A stretch of DNA of 63,292 nucleotides, filler included, from Sluysia triapertura (Eukaryota): the NCBI GenBank assembly GCA_046118255.1. It is 5 parts of 5 records of this genome, joined end to end, with 100 filler letters (N's around TTAATTAATTAA, not from the genome) between each part and the next. Parts side by side here need not be neighbours in the genome. Positions count along the whole stretch, not along the records: positions 1 to 16,260 come from JBJNIA010207701.1; positions 16,361 to 28,568 come from JBJNIA010129184.1; 3 more parts are not named here. The stretch is one strand, 5' to 3'. The notes below the pieces were generated by a model. It was not told the origin of the DNA. It made no database searches and saw only the letters and a list, made by a program, of their open reading frames with translations. The position numbers and the translations under genes are program-made. This document shows, one piece after another, positions 12,318-25,281 of this stretch; the stretch's first letter is position 1; each line of letters opens with the position of its first letter.

Positions 12318-13129
12318 ATGAATCGAACAGCAATTACTCAAAACTTCCAAATATTGCTGATTATAATTTTAATTTTATGTGGAATCAAACCAACTGGCAC
12401 TATTACAGCAGTCATGGGAAATTGGAAATAGTTTCTCGTTCGTAGACAAAGAGAATTGCTCGTAGGCGACACCAACAAGGTTATTTAACCTATGGAACAA
12501 ATATTTCATGTATACCAAGAAAGTGTATTAATACGCACAGAGGTTAAGGAATGTGTAGTAAAGCGAGCTGTGAAGTTACAGTATTGCGGTCAACATGGAA
12601 CGGTTTATCCATTAAAAGATAGAACTCCTTTCATACCGTTAATAATGTCCACAGAGACTTGCCTAGAATAAAGATTAAAATAAAGATAAAGAATAAAGAT
12701 AAAAAGTGATTTAATAATTGGAATAAATAAGGGTGTTATAAAATATTGTCATTATTTTGCCGTAGGAAGTTATACAGAAAACAGATACGGATATTATACG
12801 GAGTATAATTTATAATTTAGATGGAGTAACCTATAAAAATGTGATCGCCACCGAATATTATATGATCGAAAACTTGGAGTGCGACTTTTGACTCAAGTAC
12901 TAATAATATGATACAAGTACCAAACTGTAAAATAACAGATATAATTTGTGACACCGGAGTGTCTATACTAATTTATAAAGTGAATAGATTTGAATGCCCA
13001 TTGACTCATTTAAAAGCAACATTGTTTAACCAAACTAAAGGGTTTACATATAGGAAATTAGACACAACACAAATTCTAAATGTTGAAAAAGTAATAGAAA
13101 TATACCTGATCAACAAATCCCAGAAATAG
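12318..13129 (+). pseudogene. Envelope glycoprotein remnant, chuvirus-like
   Basis: Across frames: signal-like LLIIILILCG, then FSFVDKENCS, VYQESVLIRTEVKECVVKRAVKLQYCGQH...MSTETCLE and NCKITDIICDTGVSILIY...ECPL. The cysteine pattern recalls chuviral-type glycoproteins; recognised by eye, no search run. Confidence 0.55.
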
Positions 13130-13226
13130 AAACGCCAACTATCATAATGTCTACGAATTCAACAGATGGTATGGTGTTCGTTCTGAAATCACAGTAGAAG
13201 ATACAGCAGCATTATAGGAATAAATA

Positions 13227-13520
13227 ATGATTTTGGATAAGAGAAACGATGAGGAGATAATGAATATTATTAATATAATGAAAAATACCTTTTTTAACTA
13301 TCATTTTCAGAATAATGTTTTAAAATATAAAATGGAAGACAAATTTTTTAATCGTAGTACCTCAGTCAAAAAAATAATATTAAGAAATTATCGCCATGGT
13401 CAATTGGGAGGTCACCTTTCCACGAAAAGAACCATTGAAAGGATAAAAAGAAAGTATTATTGGATCAATAGGGACTACGAGATCACAAACTGGTGTAAAA
13501 ATTGTAAAATGTGTAATTTT
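13227..13520 (+). pseudogene. Gypsy-type integrase zinc-binding (HHCC) domain remnant
   Basis: H.QLGGHLSTKRTIERIKRKYYW...NWCKNCKMC. Confidence 0.85.
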
Positions 13521-13620
13521 GGGAACAAAGTGGTAAAAGAACAAGCTAAACATGAAAGCATACAAGATAATCACGATAATGCTACTAAACAAAATTTTAT
13601 ATGGCAAGATATAGAGCCAC

Positions 13621-13900
13621 CTCCTTATAGATTGTATAATAATTAATGGAAAGATAATACAAGGATTGATAGATGCAGGTTCATATGTAAGTATTAGACG
13701 ATATGAAGACATGCCAGAGCCAAAAAGATAGAGTTGATAGAAGTACTTGAAAAATTCGACGGAGTTGACACATCAACTATGGTATTTAATCGACAGAGTA
13801 GAAACTAAAATTGAACAATATAACTTCCATAGAGAGATAGCGATAGTGTGCAACTATCCAGAAGAAGTAATAATTGGAATGGATATCTTATAAAAGTTTC
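13621..13900 (+). pseudogene. Retropepsin-like aspartic protease remnant
   Basis: IINGKIIQGLIDAGSYVSI (DAG at 13672-13680) and EEVIIGMDIL at 13861. Confidence 0.75.
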
Positions 13901-16900
13901 CAGAAATACTTATAAAAAAGGAATAGAATTTAAAAAATAGATTAAAGAAACCAAATATTATAGAAATTCTATCAAATAAAAATCAGCTTATTTTTCAAAA
14001 AGGAAGATATAAATATACGTTTAATGGAAGAGATCAATATATAGAATCGGAAGATTTATTACAGAGATTAGGAAAAGCTTGTAAAAACCCAAAAGATATG
14101 AATAAACTGGAAACTACGGTCAATACCTTGATGAATTCACGTAATTCTTTACAATTATATCCGGATCTGAAACATAGACTAAACATAATAATACAAAATC
14201 GGCCATTTCATCAGAAAAGGAAAATATACGAATTATTTAGTAACATGGAGAACTAATATGACAGTTCTAAAGAGAATAGATGAAACGCAACAAAAAATAG
14301 AGAAGGAATTTCGTATCGGGCTAACAGTATCATCTTTACTAGATTTCGTAAAAACGTACTTGAACACGACACAAAAAGTAAATATGTATTATAGAGAAAG
14401 AGTATTGGACCGAGATTATGGACCATACTTAATTGACGAGAAATTGTAATTACAATTGGTAATGATGAATATATCGATCCCAGATCATCTAACGAAACAT
14501 AAACACATTTAGAAACTGTAAATCAAAAATTCTATCGTGAGGTGTTTAGAGAGTTATCAATAAGAAATCAAGAAAGAGAAAGATTACTACCCAGGCGTTT
14601 ACAACCTACTCATTTATTAGAAGATGCATTAAATAACGAAGAAAGAATACTAATGTTCCACAAAATGGAAAAATATAGATATTATGAAGCGTACAATCTA
14701 CGCGAGAGATTAGTAGAAGCTCTAAAGCTCCGATAGACGTAAAAGAATTGGAAACAATTAATACCATCTTAAATTCCAATGAACCATTACATGAATAAAC
14801 ATCTCTAAAGGACCAATTACTCGATGTAACCCAATCATGGCAACCAAGTCGAAGGACAAAGATATACCAATTACTTCGAGAAATAGGACACAGGTAAAGA
14901 TCCGTCTACAAATACAAGCGAATTCGAATAAGAATGAACATAATAGAAAAAGGAATGATAAAAGATCAAGATTTCGATATCGGTATGGATATAAGTTTAT
15001 TAAAAAATATCGAAGTTAAAGCATACGTCCATACTAGTGTAAACATTTATATAAGTGAAGATATTTAAGATATTATTGATGATTAAAGTGTGTGTTGATT
15101 AGTAACGTTTTACAGAATTTGTATTGAAAGCCTAATTGTTTACATTTATTACAAGCATATATTAATATATTGATATAAGAAAGTATTCAGAATCGTTTGA
15201 AGAAGAAACATAAGTATTGAAAATATTGTTGAATATTATTAAGTTTAAGCTTGAATTTTTCATAAATTCAACATTATTATTATTATTGTTGTTATTATTA
15301 TTTTTTATGCTATATTGCAATTCACTAAGTTCTATAAAATTAGCGTCATTTTTAAACGAATGAATTTTTTACGTTTTGAATCTTCTTTTTGATTATCAAG
15401 TGTAGACTTGATGAGTGAATTCATGTTTAGACATTTTCAAAATTGGTCAAGTTTTTGAATTTTATTTTCGGGGTTGATGAAATAAATGAGATTATTATTT
15501 CTTGTTAAAACTGACATCTTTGTTTCTTATCGAACTTCAAGCATGCTCAATAAATCTTCGATTTCACTCTAAGATACAATATTGATTCCGCAGTTTTTAT
15601 ATTTCAGGATAATTTTAGAGTTCATAACATAATATTTATGCCAGAAAAAGGAAATTACAAGTGTCAGTAAAATGTAGCGAAGAAAGAAAAGAAAAATGAA
15701 TAATAATCACAACGAGGTTGTATATTGTAAGTTGTAGTTTTGTTCATAAACTGATATGTAAATTTCATTATAAGTTCTTGGAGTGAAAAAAATCATACGA
15801 AAAAATTAAGGATATTAATTGTGAAGAAGTGGTCAAGTGTTTAAGAAATATGTGATTTATATTGAAGTAAATGTTTGTTATGGAATGATCTCTGAAATAA
15901 AATAGGTATAATTAGTTGAATCACACAGCAGATATAATTTAATTTTCGGAAAATTTTAAAATTAAAATTATGATTTGCTTGTATAAAGTTTATTTAAATT
16001 TTATTTATATTTTATTATTTATATTTTCTATTTTGTTTTGTGAAAAAAATTATAAATATTGTAAAAATTAAAAATATTAAAATTATAAAAATTATTATTC
16101 TTAAAAATTATAATTAAAATTGTGTTAAAAATTATAATTATAATTAAATTATTTTATAAAAGTGTTGGGATTGCCCAACTTTAGATTAGGAGACGAGTAA
16201 AAGACATATAGAATTATAAATAAAGGAAAAATTGATGAGAAGTAGCAGATGAAGTATTGTNNNNNNNNNNNNNNNNNNNNNNNNNNNNNNNNNNNNNNNN
16301 NNNNTTAATTAATTAANNNNNNNNNNNNNNNNNNNNNNNNNNNNNNNNNNNNNNNNNNNNTAATAATAATAATAATAATAATAATAATACATGGTGTTTG
16401 ATCGAAATCCAATTTAGCAAGAAAATAAGTGTTTCAAGATGAAACTTATCTCTAGAAAACGTTCATATTTATTTTCATCGTCTAGGACAAAGGTGCGCAA
16501 ACTAGGGCCGAGACCCGTGATGGGGACGCTAAAAATTTTAAAATTATTATATTTGTGCGAATTTTGGTTCGAAAAATAGAGTTTTAATCTACTTTATTTT
16601 ATATGTTTCTATTCGTGAATCCTCTGACACCGGGTTTACGCACTTAATGGCCGATGCATATATGTCAGCCTTTTTTAAAGAAAATGCAAGAAATGGAGTT
16701 ATCAGAGTGTGTAATCTTAAGTATATTTATGATAAATGCTAGTAAAGTTATTTTTTCGCTTATGATATGTTCTAATGAAAATTCCTTAAACCAAATTTAA
16801 ATTTATTGTGGTATAAACTAATTTAATATTTTTATGATTAATTCTAAAATACATGTATTAAAACAGACTATTTAATTCTAATACAATTCTTTTCTTTTAA

Positions 16901-18071
16901 TACGATTCTATTATAAAAAATTTTACGTTTATAAATTTATAAATTTCTTTTGAGTTTTCTTAATTTTTTCGATTAATAACAAAACAAATCAGTTTAGTAA
17001 ATTTGTATTAATTATTTAAATCACAATAAAAATAATATCAAAAAGGAAAAACAATTTTAAAACAATCAATGATAAGAATATCCGTTTAATAATAACTTTA
17101 CAATAAAAAAATTAAATAAGCAAATAAATTTTACTTAAAGTTTTTTAACGATTATTTTATTTCATTTTTTAAAATAACTGCACTTAATAATTAAATATGA
17201 ACTAATGTTATAACAAAAAATGGTAATTATATCTTGTGTCAAGAATTTGTAATTGTGTCCTGTAAAATTAACTCATAGCTGAAGTCTTTAGAACGAATTT
17301 GTATTAAAAATCAAAAATTTGTAATCAATTCCTTGAGACACAATTGTTTAAAAAAATTTAAAACACAAACTTGAATAAATAATTTTTTAAAATCAGTTAA
17401 TAATTATTTGTGTTAGATAACGTTTATTTATAGTTAAGTGATATGTGTATTATCAGGTCATCTGACATTTGTAACTAATGAGACGTTAGATGCATAAATC
17501 GCTCATACATAAATTATTAGTTAATGATAATAAAAATTATAATAATTATAATTATCCCGAATTCGATAATTCATTGTTTCATGTGAATATTATAATATTC
17601 GATTATATTTTATTCTCTGCTTACATGACTGTACGAACATATTCACTGATCTACGCGCATGCTTATACAACACATACATTCAATTGACCCTCTTTCCCGC
17701 ATTATTTGACGATAAAAATAGTCATCCTATGCATACTACACTTTTAACACACTGAGGAGGGATGATGGAAATTCAAAATTTTTGTAATTTCACACAGTAT
17801 CATGTAATAAACTAAAATTACAAATCTGTCCAGAATATAAAAGCATACGATAAACATAATATGTACTTTACTAAATGTTACACTTTGTTATGAATATCTA
17901 TTGTTGTGTTAATTAGTAAGGACTTCGATATTCTTGCTTTAATTGTACTATAATCATGTTTTTATTATAACGAAAATGTGTTTAATAACTACTTGATTTC
18001 ATTGGTTCAAGTTATGTTAACTTCAACCAATAATGTTGTAATTATTATATTTAAAGGTCATTTATTTTTAG

Positions 18072-18648
18072 ATGTGTCCAACAGAAAATTCTTCCATTGT
18101 TACGACTTGGAATCAATTGAAATCGGGCAAAAATTCTTTACTTTTAAAAAACAATAAAAAAGTCATGGTAACCAGTAGTACTAGTTGTCATGACATCAAA
18201 CAAGAACCAAAACTAATGTCATGGAATGTAATCAATAAAGAATCATCGAATTCAAATCTTTTAGTTAAAGCTGGAATTGGAATTAGTAGTAATACTATTA
18301 ATAAACGAAGTAGATCGTTTGTTAAAGGGTTTGGTCTTGATATTTCTAAAACTAGTAACGAATCACGAGCAAAATCTGAACCGAGAAATTCGTTTAAATC
18401 GTCAACAAATCTTTTTGAAATATATTCGAAATCAAAAGCTCTGAAAGAATCCAATTATACTACTACTACTGCTGCTACTGCTAATAACAATAATAATTTT
18501 ATTCCAAGACAACCATGTGAAATAGATTATGAAATTAAAGTAAATACAAAACGAAATTTCGGTGCTCAATTTCCACCAGTTGGAGAATCGAAATCACGAG
18601 CTAGATCAAGCAGTTTTGATGTGAAACAGCGGTTGTATAAATATCCAG
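18072..18648 (+). CDS. Coding exon of an uncharacterised Ser/Asn-rich host protein
   Basis: TTTTTAG acceptor ending at 18071, open frame of 192 codons, CAG|GTAAAA donor (phase 1). Confidence 0.7.
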
Positions 18649-18998
18649 GTAAAATTTATTAAAACAAGTCTCAAACAAATAAATAAATACTTTGTTGCAA
18701 ATGTGATTGGTAGATCTATTAACTTAAGGATTCGTTAGGAATTTACACTGAGAAACGATTTAAATTTGTTCCGTCCTTATTAAGCACATTTTTAGTCGAA
18801 ATATCTGATAATCTTTTATTAGAACCTTTAGCTTAAGACACATAATAAAGTCTTAATTTAATTTTAATTTAAGAAAATCAATAAGAACATTACTTAATCT
18901 GTTAGAAATAACATTATGATTACAAATGTTATAATTGTTACAGTTTATTCTATAAAATTCAATGAAAAATTCATTTAAAATGTCAGTATGGCACTTAA

Positions 18999-20749
18999 GG
19001 CACTTGAAATGTACGTGTCTTGATTCGAGATAATTTGAACATTATAATTCTGAAATTGTTATTATTTTGGATATTCAAATACGAAAAAAATATAGTGAAG
19101 TTTTATTAAAAATTAAATTAAATAATACTAAATCTTTAAACAAGAAGATGATCACGTTCTGTACGATCAAGCAGTTTTATATTGGCACAAAGTCTTCTAA
19201 AGTAACTTGTTAAATGTAATATTTAATTTATATTTAACATGTAAATAACGCAATTCAATTAAATTAAAGTTATGAAATATAATTAATTGAATTAATTCAT
19301 TATTAATTACAAATTTAATGATAATATAGTGGTGTCTCTACTTACGAAATTAATTCGTTCTTGAAGTAGAAAATTTCGTTAGTAGAGCACCCTTGTAAAT
19401 GGTCTAATCAGTTCCGATCTCCCTTAAACTTCTGGTCTGGTTCAATCCGAATTTCCCTCGTTTGCGTCCTCCAGGAGTTGATTTTTCGCAAATTATGGTC
19501 TCGGTCATAGTAACAACCTCTCCATCTCATCGTTCACTGCGGACCTCTTCGAAATGTCAGAGAGACCTTTGGAAGGAGTCGTAGCTTTTAGGACTTTTTG
19601 TTTTAATATCGTATATATTGTAGATGGATTACGGTCATATTATTTAGCTGGATCAACCAAACGCATTCCTTTTTCGTACTTTTCTATTATCTCTTTTCAC
19701 TACTTTTTTCCATCACTTTCTTTGGATCCATAGTTAATAAAATTTGACAAATTTCAATCTTAATAAAGATTTAAAACTGAAAACTCAAATATTTAAACAA
19801 AATTAAGTATTTCGTATCCTGAAATTTCTTTTGTAATTATTCTTCGTAACTGAAAATTCCGTAACTGTACATCTACATTTTGATATAAGAATTGGTAGAA
19901 CATCTTTACTCTTTAAATTTCGATGTTTACAACTCAATAATGTTACTGTCTTGACTATGGAAATCAACCATATATGTTATGCATAATTCGTCACCTTATT
20001 AAAATTGAAATTGTTGAATCTAATATTTAATTTATATTCAACACATAAATAATATAACATGTAAAGTTATCTATTATTTTACTAACTTCGTAAACTACCG
20101 TAAATAACCTCATACTAATACCTAAATTACAAGAGGTAATTGTAAACTTTTCGTTAATCTCATAACCACATGAAAACCGAATATGATAATAGAATCTTCT
20201 TCAAACTTAAGCATCATTTGATCAACACATTCTAGGGTATATTTGTATTCTGTTAAATATATATATATTCTAATTTGAACTTTCAATTTCTCATTATCCA
20301 TTATAGTGTCATAAAATTGAACATAAAATTGTTGAATATCTTTACGAGAACTTTTAGTCACAACAGCACTATTGATATTTTAATTAGAACCTTAAAATTT
20401 TTTAAAATTGATGGTGCTTTTCAAAAAGATCTATATATCTCAAATGCAGCATCTCCGAAGTTGATGTGTCCTCATATTAATCTATTGACTAAAGTTGATC
20501 AATCAAGTGCAAGAAATAAACGTACGTAAGCTAGCGAGAAAAGATATAGTGATCTTCAAAAAGATCTTCAAAGAAGATTTAGTTATGGTCGTCATGATTA
20601 AAATTTTCTGAATAAAACGAGTCAGTTGAAGTTGACGTTTTTGATTTGTTTGACCTTTCTGATGATTGTGATTTAAATGTAATATATTTTATTTCGATTG
20701 GGATATGAATGTGAATGAAAAAATAAAGTTGTCTTTGTTTTAAAGTGCC
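18999..20749. mobile_element. Putative TTAA-flanked TIR element (Kolobok-like?) carrying a decayed unknown ORF
   Basis: TTAA|GGCACTTGAAA ... TTTAAAGTGCC|TTAA. Contains a minus-strand ORF remnant at about 20122-20660 and a nested Tigger. Confidence 0.4.
19327..19867 (-). mobile_element. TcMar-Tigger/pogo deletion derivative
   Basis: Tigger-type end (T)AGTGGTGTCTCTACTTACGAAATTAATTCGTTC. The minus strand encodes EIIEKYEKGMRLVD..YDRNPSTI.TILKQK..KATTPSKG...VNDEMERLL..TETIICEK, a TIGD1-like HTH region. Confidence 0.85.
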
Positions 20750-22358
20750 TTAAGCACTAATTTCGACTAATTAATTTATTTTAGACAATTCTATAATGTT
20801 TTTATGAAAAGAAATTCGAATTCATAGGAAATTTTTAGATTGTCAAGCGTCCTCATCATTCGTTATCTCAAAATTAAACAGCAAAATAATTAAATTTTGA
20901 AATGAAAACCCTAAAATAATTTTGTAAAATTTTCAATTTGATGTTTACGTAAAATATATCCTTTCCCGTGATAAATAGTAATAGTAATATTTTAATTGTT
21001 CACAGCTATCATAAGTCTTTATATCTCTGTATATAGATTACTCAAAGTTTATTCTGTATAATTGTGTTACTGACTGAGCTTTAAAATCTAACTATTAATC
21101 GAATAACTTTTAATATAATTCGTTTATTTTATACCAGTCTCTTTCTTAAATAAATTTATATTCTCTTTATAACTTTATCCTAAATGTATAATGAATTCTC
21201 GCTTAAATTATTCAATATAACTTGTATAAGTTTAATTTGGAGATTGAGTTCAATACTTGTTTCCGTTCTTAAAGATGGAAATGCTATAATTTTAAATCTT
21301 TAACCATCCATAACAAATTAAGCCTTTAAGTCTTTCTCGAATTAAATCTTCAGTTCTTTAATAAATCAAAATGTTTAAGTTATAACTATCTATCAAGTTA
21401 ACTCCCTATCAAATATTAACAATCCCTTATAAACAAATAAGAATAATTTACAAATTTCACTAATTTTTAATATCAAATTATCTTTTTTCATTTTCTTAAT
21501 ATTTTCTATTTTTAACGAATTATACATATTTATAATGGATTCAACATCATTCAATTCACACAATACATTTTTCCACAATAAATTTCCATGGGCTGTGGTA
21601 CAAGATTTTTTTTCAAGCTCTGGTATCGAACATGTTAAATATTGGTTAAACTAAAAATGCAAGATATAATGCTAAGTAGGTGTTTCCGTAGCTGTGTGAT
21701 GAAATGAATTAAATAATTTAATGGAAGATGTGGTCTAAATTTTATATAATCGGTAATAATTCTTATAAATTCTGATCAAAATGTTTGCTACGTATAATTA
21801 AACTAATAGAGAGTTAAATCTTAAAAGAGCTTAAATGTATTTACCATGATCAAATTATCAAGGTTGTAAATTACCAAAATGCAAGATTTATAATTTGTGA
21901 GTCCCCTAACATCTTAGACTTATACACTTAAGGGCTAAGTCGTAAGTAGCAATTTGAATAGTAGTGGAGGTTAACTAGTCTATAATTGTTGCTTTAATAT
22001 TAATAAATGATATTTATTCTGGACTCGTTTATAAATGATTCTTAAATGTGTTTTGAAAATTTTAAAACTAATAATTAGTATTTTAAATGAAACTTTTCTA
22101 CCGTACAATTAAAAAAGGTATTTACGTCGGTACGAAAAAACGGCGTTCCTTACAGTTCTTCACAATAAACGAAGAATTATAATAACGAAAAATATGTTAA
22201 AAATGATATATACATATGCGTGTAAAATATTAATAAAAAATAATACAAATATCATAAATTTAATATCATAAGTAATAAAAATGTTACATGATTATTATAT
22301 AATCTTTTATTACAAGAATTAAAATTAAAATAAAATATTCTCACTTTATATATTAACG

Positions 22359-22670
22359 TGTGGTGGTACAGCCTCATAGACTACATGCATTGTAGTGTTC
22401 AACTCATTCATAAACTATCAACAAACCCAACTTGCCACATCTTTCACACATGACAACACCTAAAATATAATATACTTCAAACATATATTTTTAACATACC
22501 TTATCTTAAATATAATATATTTAGATTATAATGATTTAACATATAGCACTATTTTTAATCCGCTAATATCGCCTCTCCCAACTGCATCAATACTGCGTTA
22601 ATTATCACACCTTTTCTTTTGTAATATTACTTCTATTATTATTACTATTATTATTATTATTTTTACAAAC
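22359..22670 (+). mobile_element. Family-A LTR-like copy in an intron
   Basis: TGTGGTGGTACAGCC matches the start at 57491(-), TGTGGTGGTTCAGCC. Both have CACACCTTTTCT followed by an ATT-rich tract. Confidence 0.55.
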
Positions 22671-22861
22671 GTCTCTGAACTGCCTACCTTTTGTGATTAC
22701 GTAACTAAAGTGAATATGTATAGTACTGGTATATCGCATGAAGATATACCTTTTAAAAACATTCTCAAATTATGCATATTGTTTAGTTTCCGAATATTTT
22801 AAAGTGTTTAAATACATCGCAGTTTACATAAATTGTTCAATTGTGGATATTTAGATATAAG

Positions 22862-23088
22862 ATTCTTGCTCAACTCAAGTGGGTTCGCACTATGATAGAA
22901 ACAACAGTAATATTTCAACAGCTTCTAACACTAAAACTGATAATTCATTGGCTAAAGTAATTCGTGAAAATGAAGTACTAGAAGGACAAGGCCTTATGAA
23001 TGCTATTCAACAATTTGTTCAAAACAACAATAATGATGTTAACGATGATAAAAATACCATAAATGACGATGACACATGGAACGAATGA
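22862..23088 (+). CDS. Probable terminal exon of the 18072 gene, ending DDDTWNE*
   Basis: AG at 22860-22861 gives a phase-1 in-frame join with the 18648 donor (G+AT = Asp). The frame is open to TGA at 23088. Confidence 0.55.
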
Positions 23089-23525
23089 ATAAACTAAATT
23101 CCTTGCTATAACAAATAACTAAAATTTTAATTTTGATTAATACTGGTTTATTTTTCTAGTATATTTAAAATATTAATATCAGAACAGTACAATTGTTTGA
23201 TTTTTATAGTTTTGCTTTTTAAATTTACTTTTTAATATTGCTAATTTGTTTTAATAATTTGTTATATTTGTACTCAAAATCATTGAAATAATTTAGTAAA
23301 ATATTTAAGCTGCTATTTATATCAAATAATTTGTATAATTTTTATTTTAATTGATTTTTGCCCTAATTTTACATTTTATTAGAAAAATTATTTTGTTTTG
23401 ATGGAAATTAATTACTGTTATGCGAATCAATAGTAATTTATGCCTAATAAAAATAATATTCGAAGGTCATAGTTAAAAAATAAAATATTTTTACAAAAGC
23501 TAAGAATTCGAAATTTCTTTATTTT

Positions 23526-23918
23526 ATGAGTTTATATTACGCAGTAGCTAAAGGTAAGAAACCCGGAATTTATTCTTTCTGGGAAGAATGTGAAGCAACA
23601 ATTGAAAGTTTTGATGGTGTTTATTTTCGAAAATTGCTTACGAAGCCCGATGCTATGTTATTTCTGATGGAAAACAATGTTGTATCATCAAAATTTTGTT
23701 ATGCAGTTGCAGCTGGCCATGTTACTGGAATTTATTTAAATAGGGATGATTGCAAGGAACAAATAAATCAATATTCTGGAGCAGTTTTTAAAAAGTTTAA
23801 GACAGTGGATGAAGCAAAACATTTTATTGATAATTACAAAAAGCAAGTTAATATTTTAAATACCCAAAATTCAAAACGAAAAAGAAAAAATGAAACGGAA
23901 CTAATAGTAGTCAGTTAA
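23526..23918 (+). CDS. Protein with two tandem RNase H1 N-terminal hybrid-binding (Cauli_VI-like) domains; no catalytic domain seen
   Basis: YYAVAKGKKPGIYSFWEEC...DAMLFL and YAVAAGHVTGIY...CKEQINQYSGAVFKKFKTVDEAKHFI, followed by basic KRKRK. Confidence 0.8.
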   Translation: MSLYYAVAKGKKPGIYSFWEECEATIESFDGVYFRKLLTKPDAMLFLMENNVVSSKFCYAVAAGHVTGIYLNRDDCKEQINQYSGAVFKKFKTVDEAKHFIDNYKKQVNILNTQNSKRKRKNETELIVVS

Positions 23919-25214
23919 GCGAAAATGTAAAAGCTTCTGTATGCTTCACAAGAACATCCAAGAACCTGAGAACAAGCCTTACGATCAAGATGAAAGCACG
24001 AGATCAATTTAATGAATTTCCAGATGTTAGTCCTAATGTATTAAAGAAGTTTACCTTCAAAAAATAAAACCTTACCATCTCTTCAATTCTTTTATCATTG
24101 TTCTTTTTAAAACTATTTTAGAATCGAAAATATGTGTGGTTTTGTTAGTTTTGAATTTGAATACATTTCCGGATTTTATTATTTTGCTTTATTTGATGCA
24201 TTTAACTTATTTATTTTTACAGTAATAAGAACCTTAAGTCCACTTATTTTAATTTTCAATTAACACGTGTAACACATTGCAATATGACAATATTAACAGG
24301 CCATCACAGTGGTGATACTCATTTACTGCGATCAGTAAATTCACATTTATTCACAATTGCCACAGTGTATCTCAATCCAGATTTTTAATACATAATTTAA
24401 TATGATTAGTAAATGAGATATTTGTCCTCAATACTCTTTAACATTTTGTACATTAACATTTTGTTCATGAGTACATTAAGAAATTTATTTAAGTGCTTGA
24501 CTTCCTACATGTGCTGTAAGTGGAGTAGAAGATTTTCTGTCAATGCATACAAACTAAAAATATGAAGCGCGTTTTCTCTTGTATCATTTTCGTATACAAT
24601 GTCTCATATCCAAGATGATAAAATAATACCAAAAATCGACTGGCGCGCAGAATTGTCATCCGATGGTAAACAAAAATTTTCAGCTGATATTCATCATTTG
24701 ATATAATATAAGAATTAAATATTCTTAACACCAATACACAATAAACCTGAAATGTTTAACTCAAATGAAATGCCATTTTATAAGATATAATTTACAAATT
24801 TAAATCACGTGTAAAAATCATGTCCATTCAATTTGGTGCTATTTATTAGAAATAAGTGAAGATGTAACATTACCAAACAAGGACAGAAACATAAAAATGG
24901 CTCATAAACACCAATTTGTTACGTATTAGATGGTATCGACTGTTAATATTTAATATTTATGTGTTTTTATTTATTTATACAAATATATGTATAAAATAGT
25001 ATCTCCCTCTTAAAAATTTATTTCCCATTTATCAACATCAAATTCAAATTAATACTCACTCTAATATAATATTAACTCCACCAATCAGAATTATCAGTAC
25101 CAATTCAAATTAAAACATGCATGCAAACTATTAAACTAGGGGTTGGTCTAGTGCCGACATTTATATCTACTTACATAGATGAAATTTTTCATGTAACGAT
25201 AACGTGTGAAGTGA

Positions 25215-25216
<2 letters not shown>

Positions 25217-25280
<64 letters not shown>
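25217..25280. repeat. (AAT)n microsatellite
   Basis: About 21 AAT units. Similar tracts near 16361, 40320, 44690, 46212, 52215 and 63106. Confidence 0.95.

Positions 25281-25281
<1 letters not shown>

Larger units (their letters stand above)
11160..15273 (+). mobile_element. Decayed LTR retrotransposon with env-like, integrase and protease remnants (boundaries approximate)
   Basis: CA-AA-TGGTGACC at 11200-11211 is PBS-like. A-rich coding strand with many stops and frameshifts. Domains are listed separately below. Confidence 0.55.

Noticed and set aside
16261-16360. TTAATTAATTAA inside N-runs (also at 28569-28668, 40384-40483 and 52284-52383)
   Set aside because: An identical six-frame-stop spacer in four 100-nt gaps is an assembly linker, not biology.
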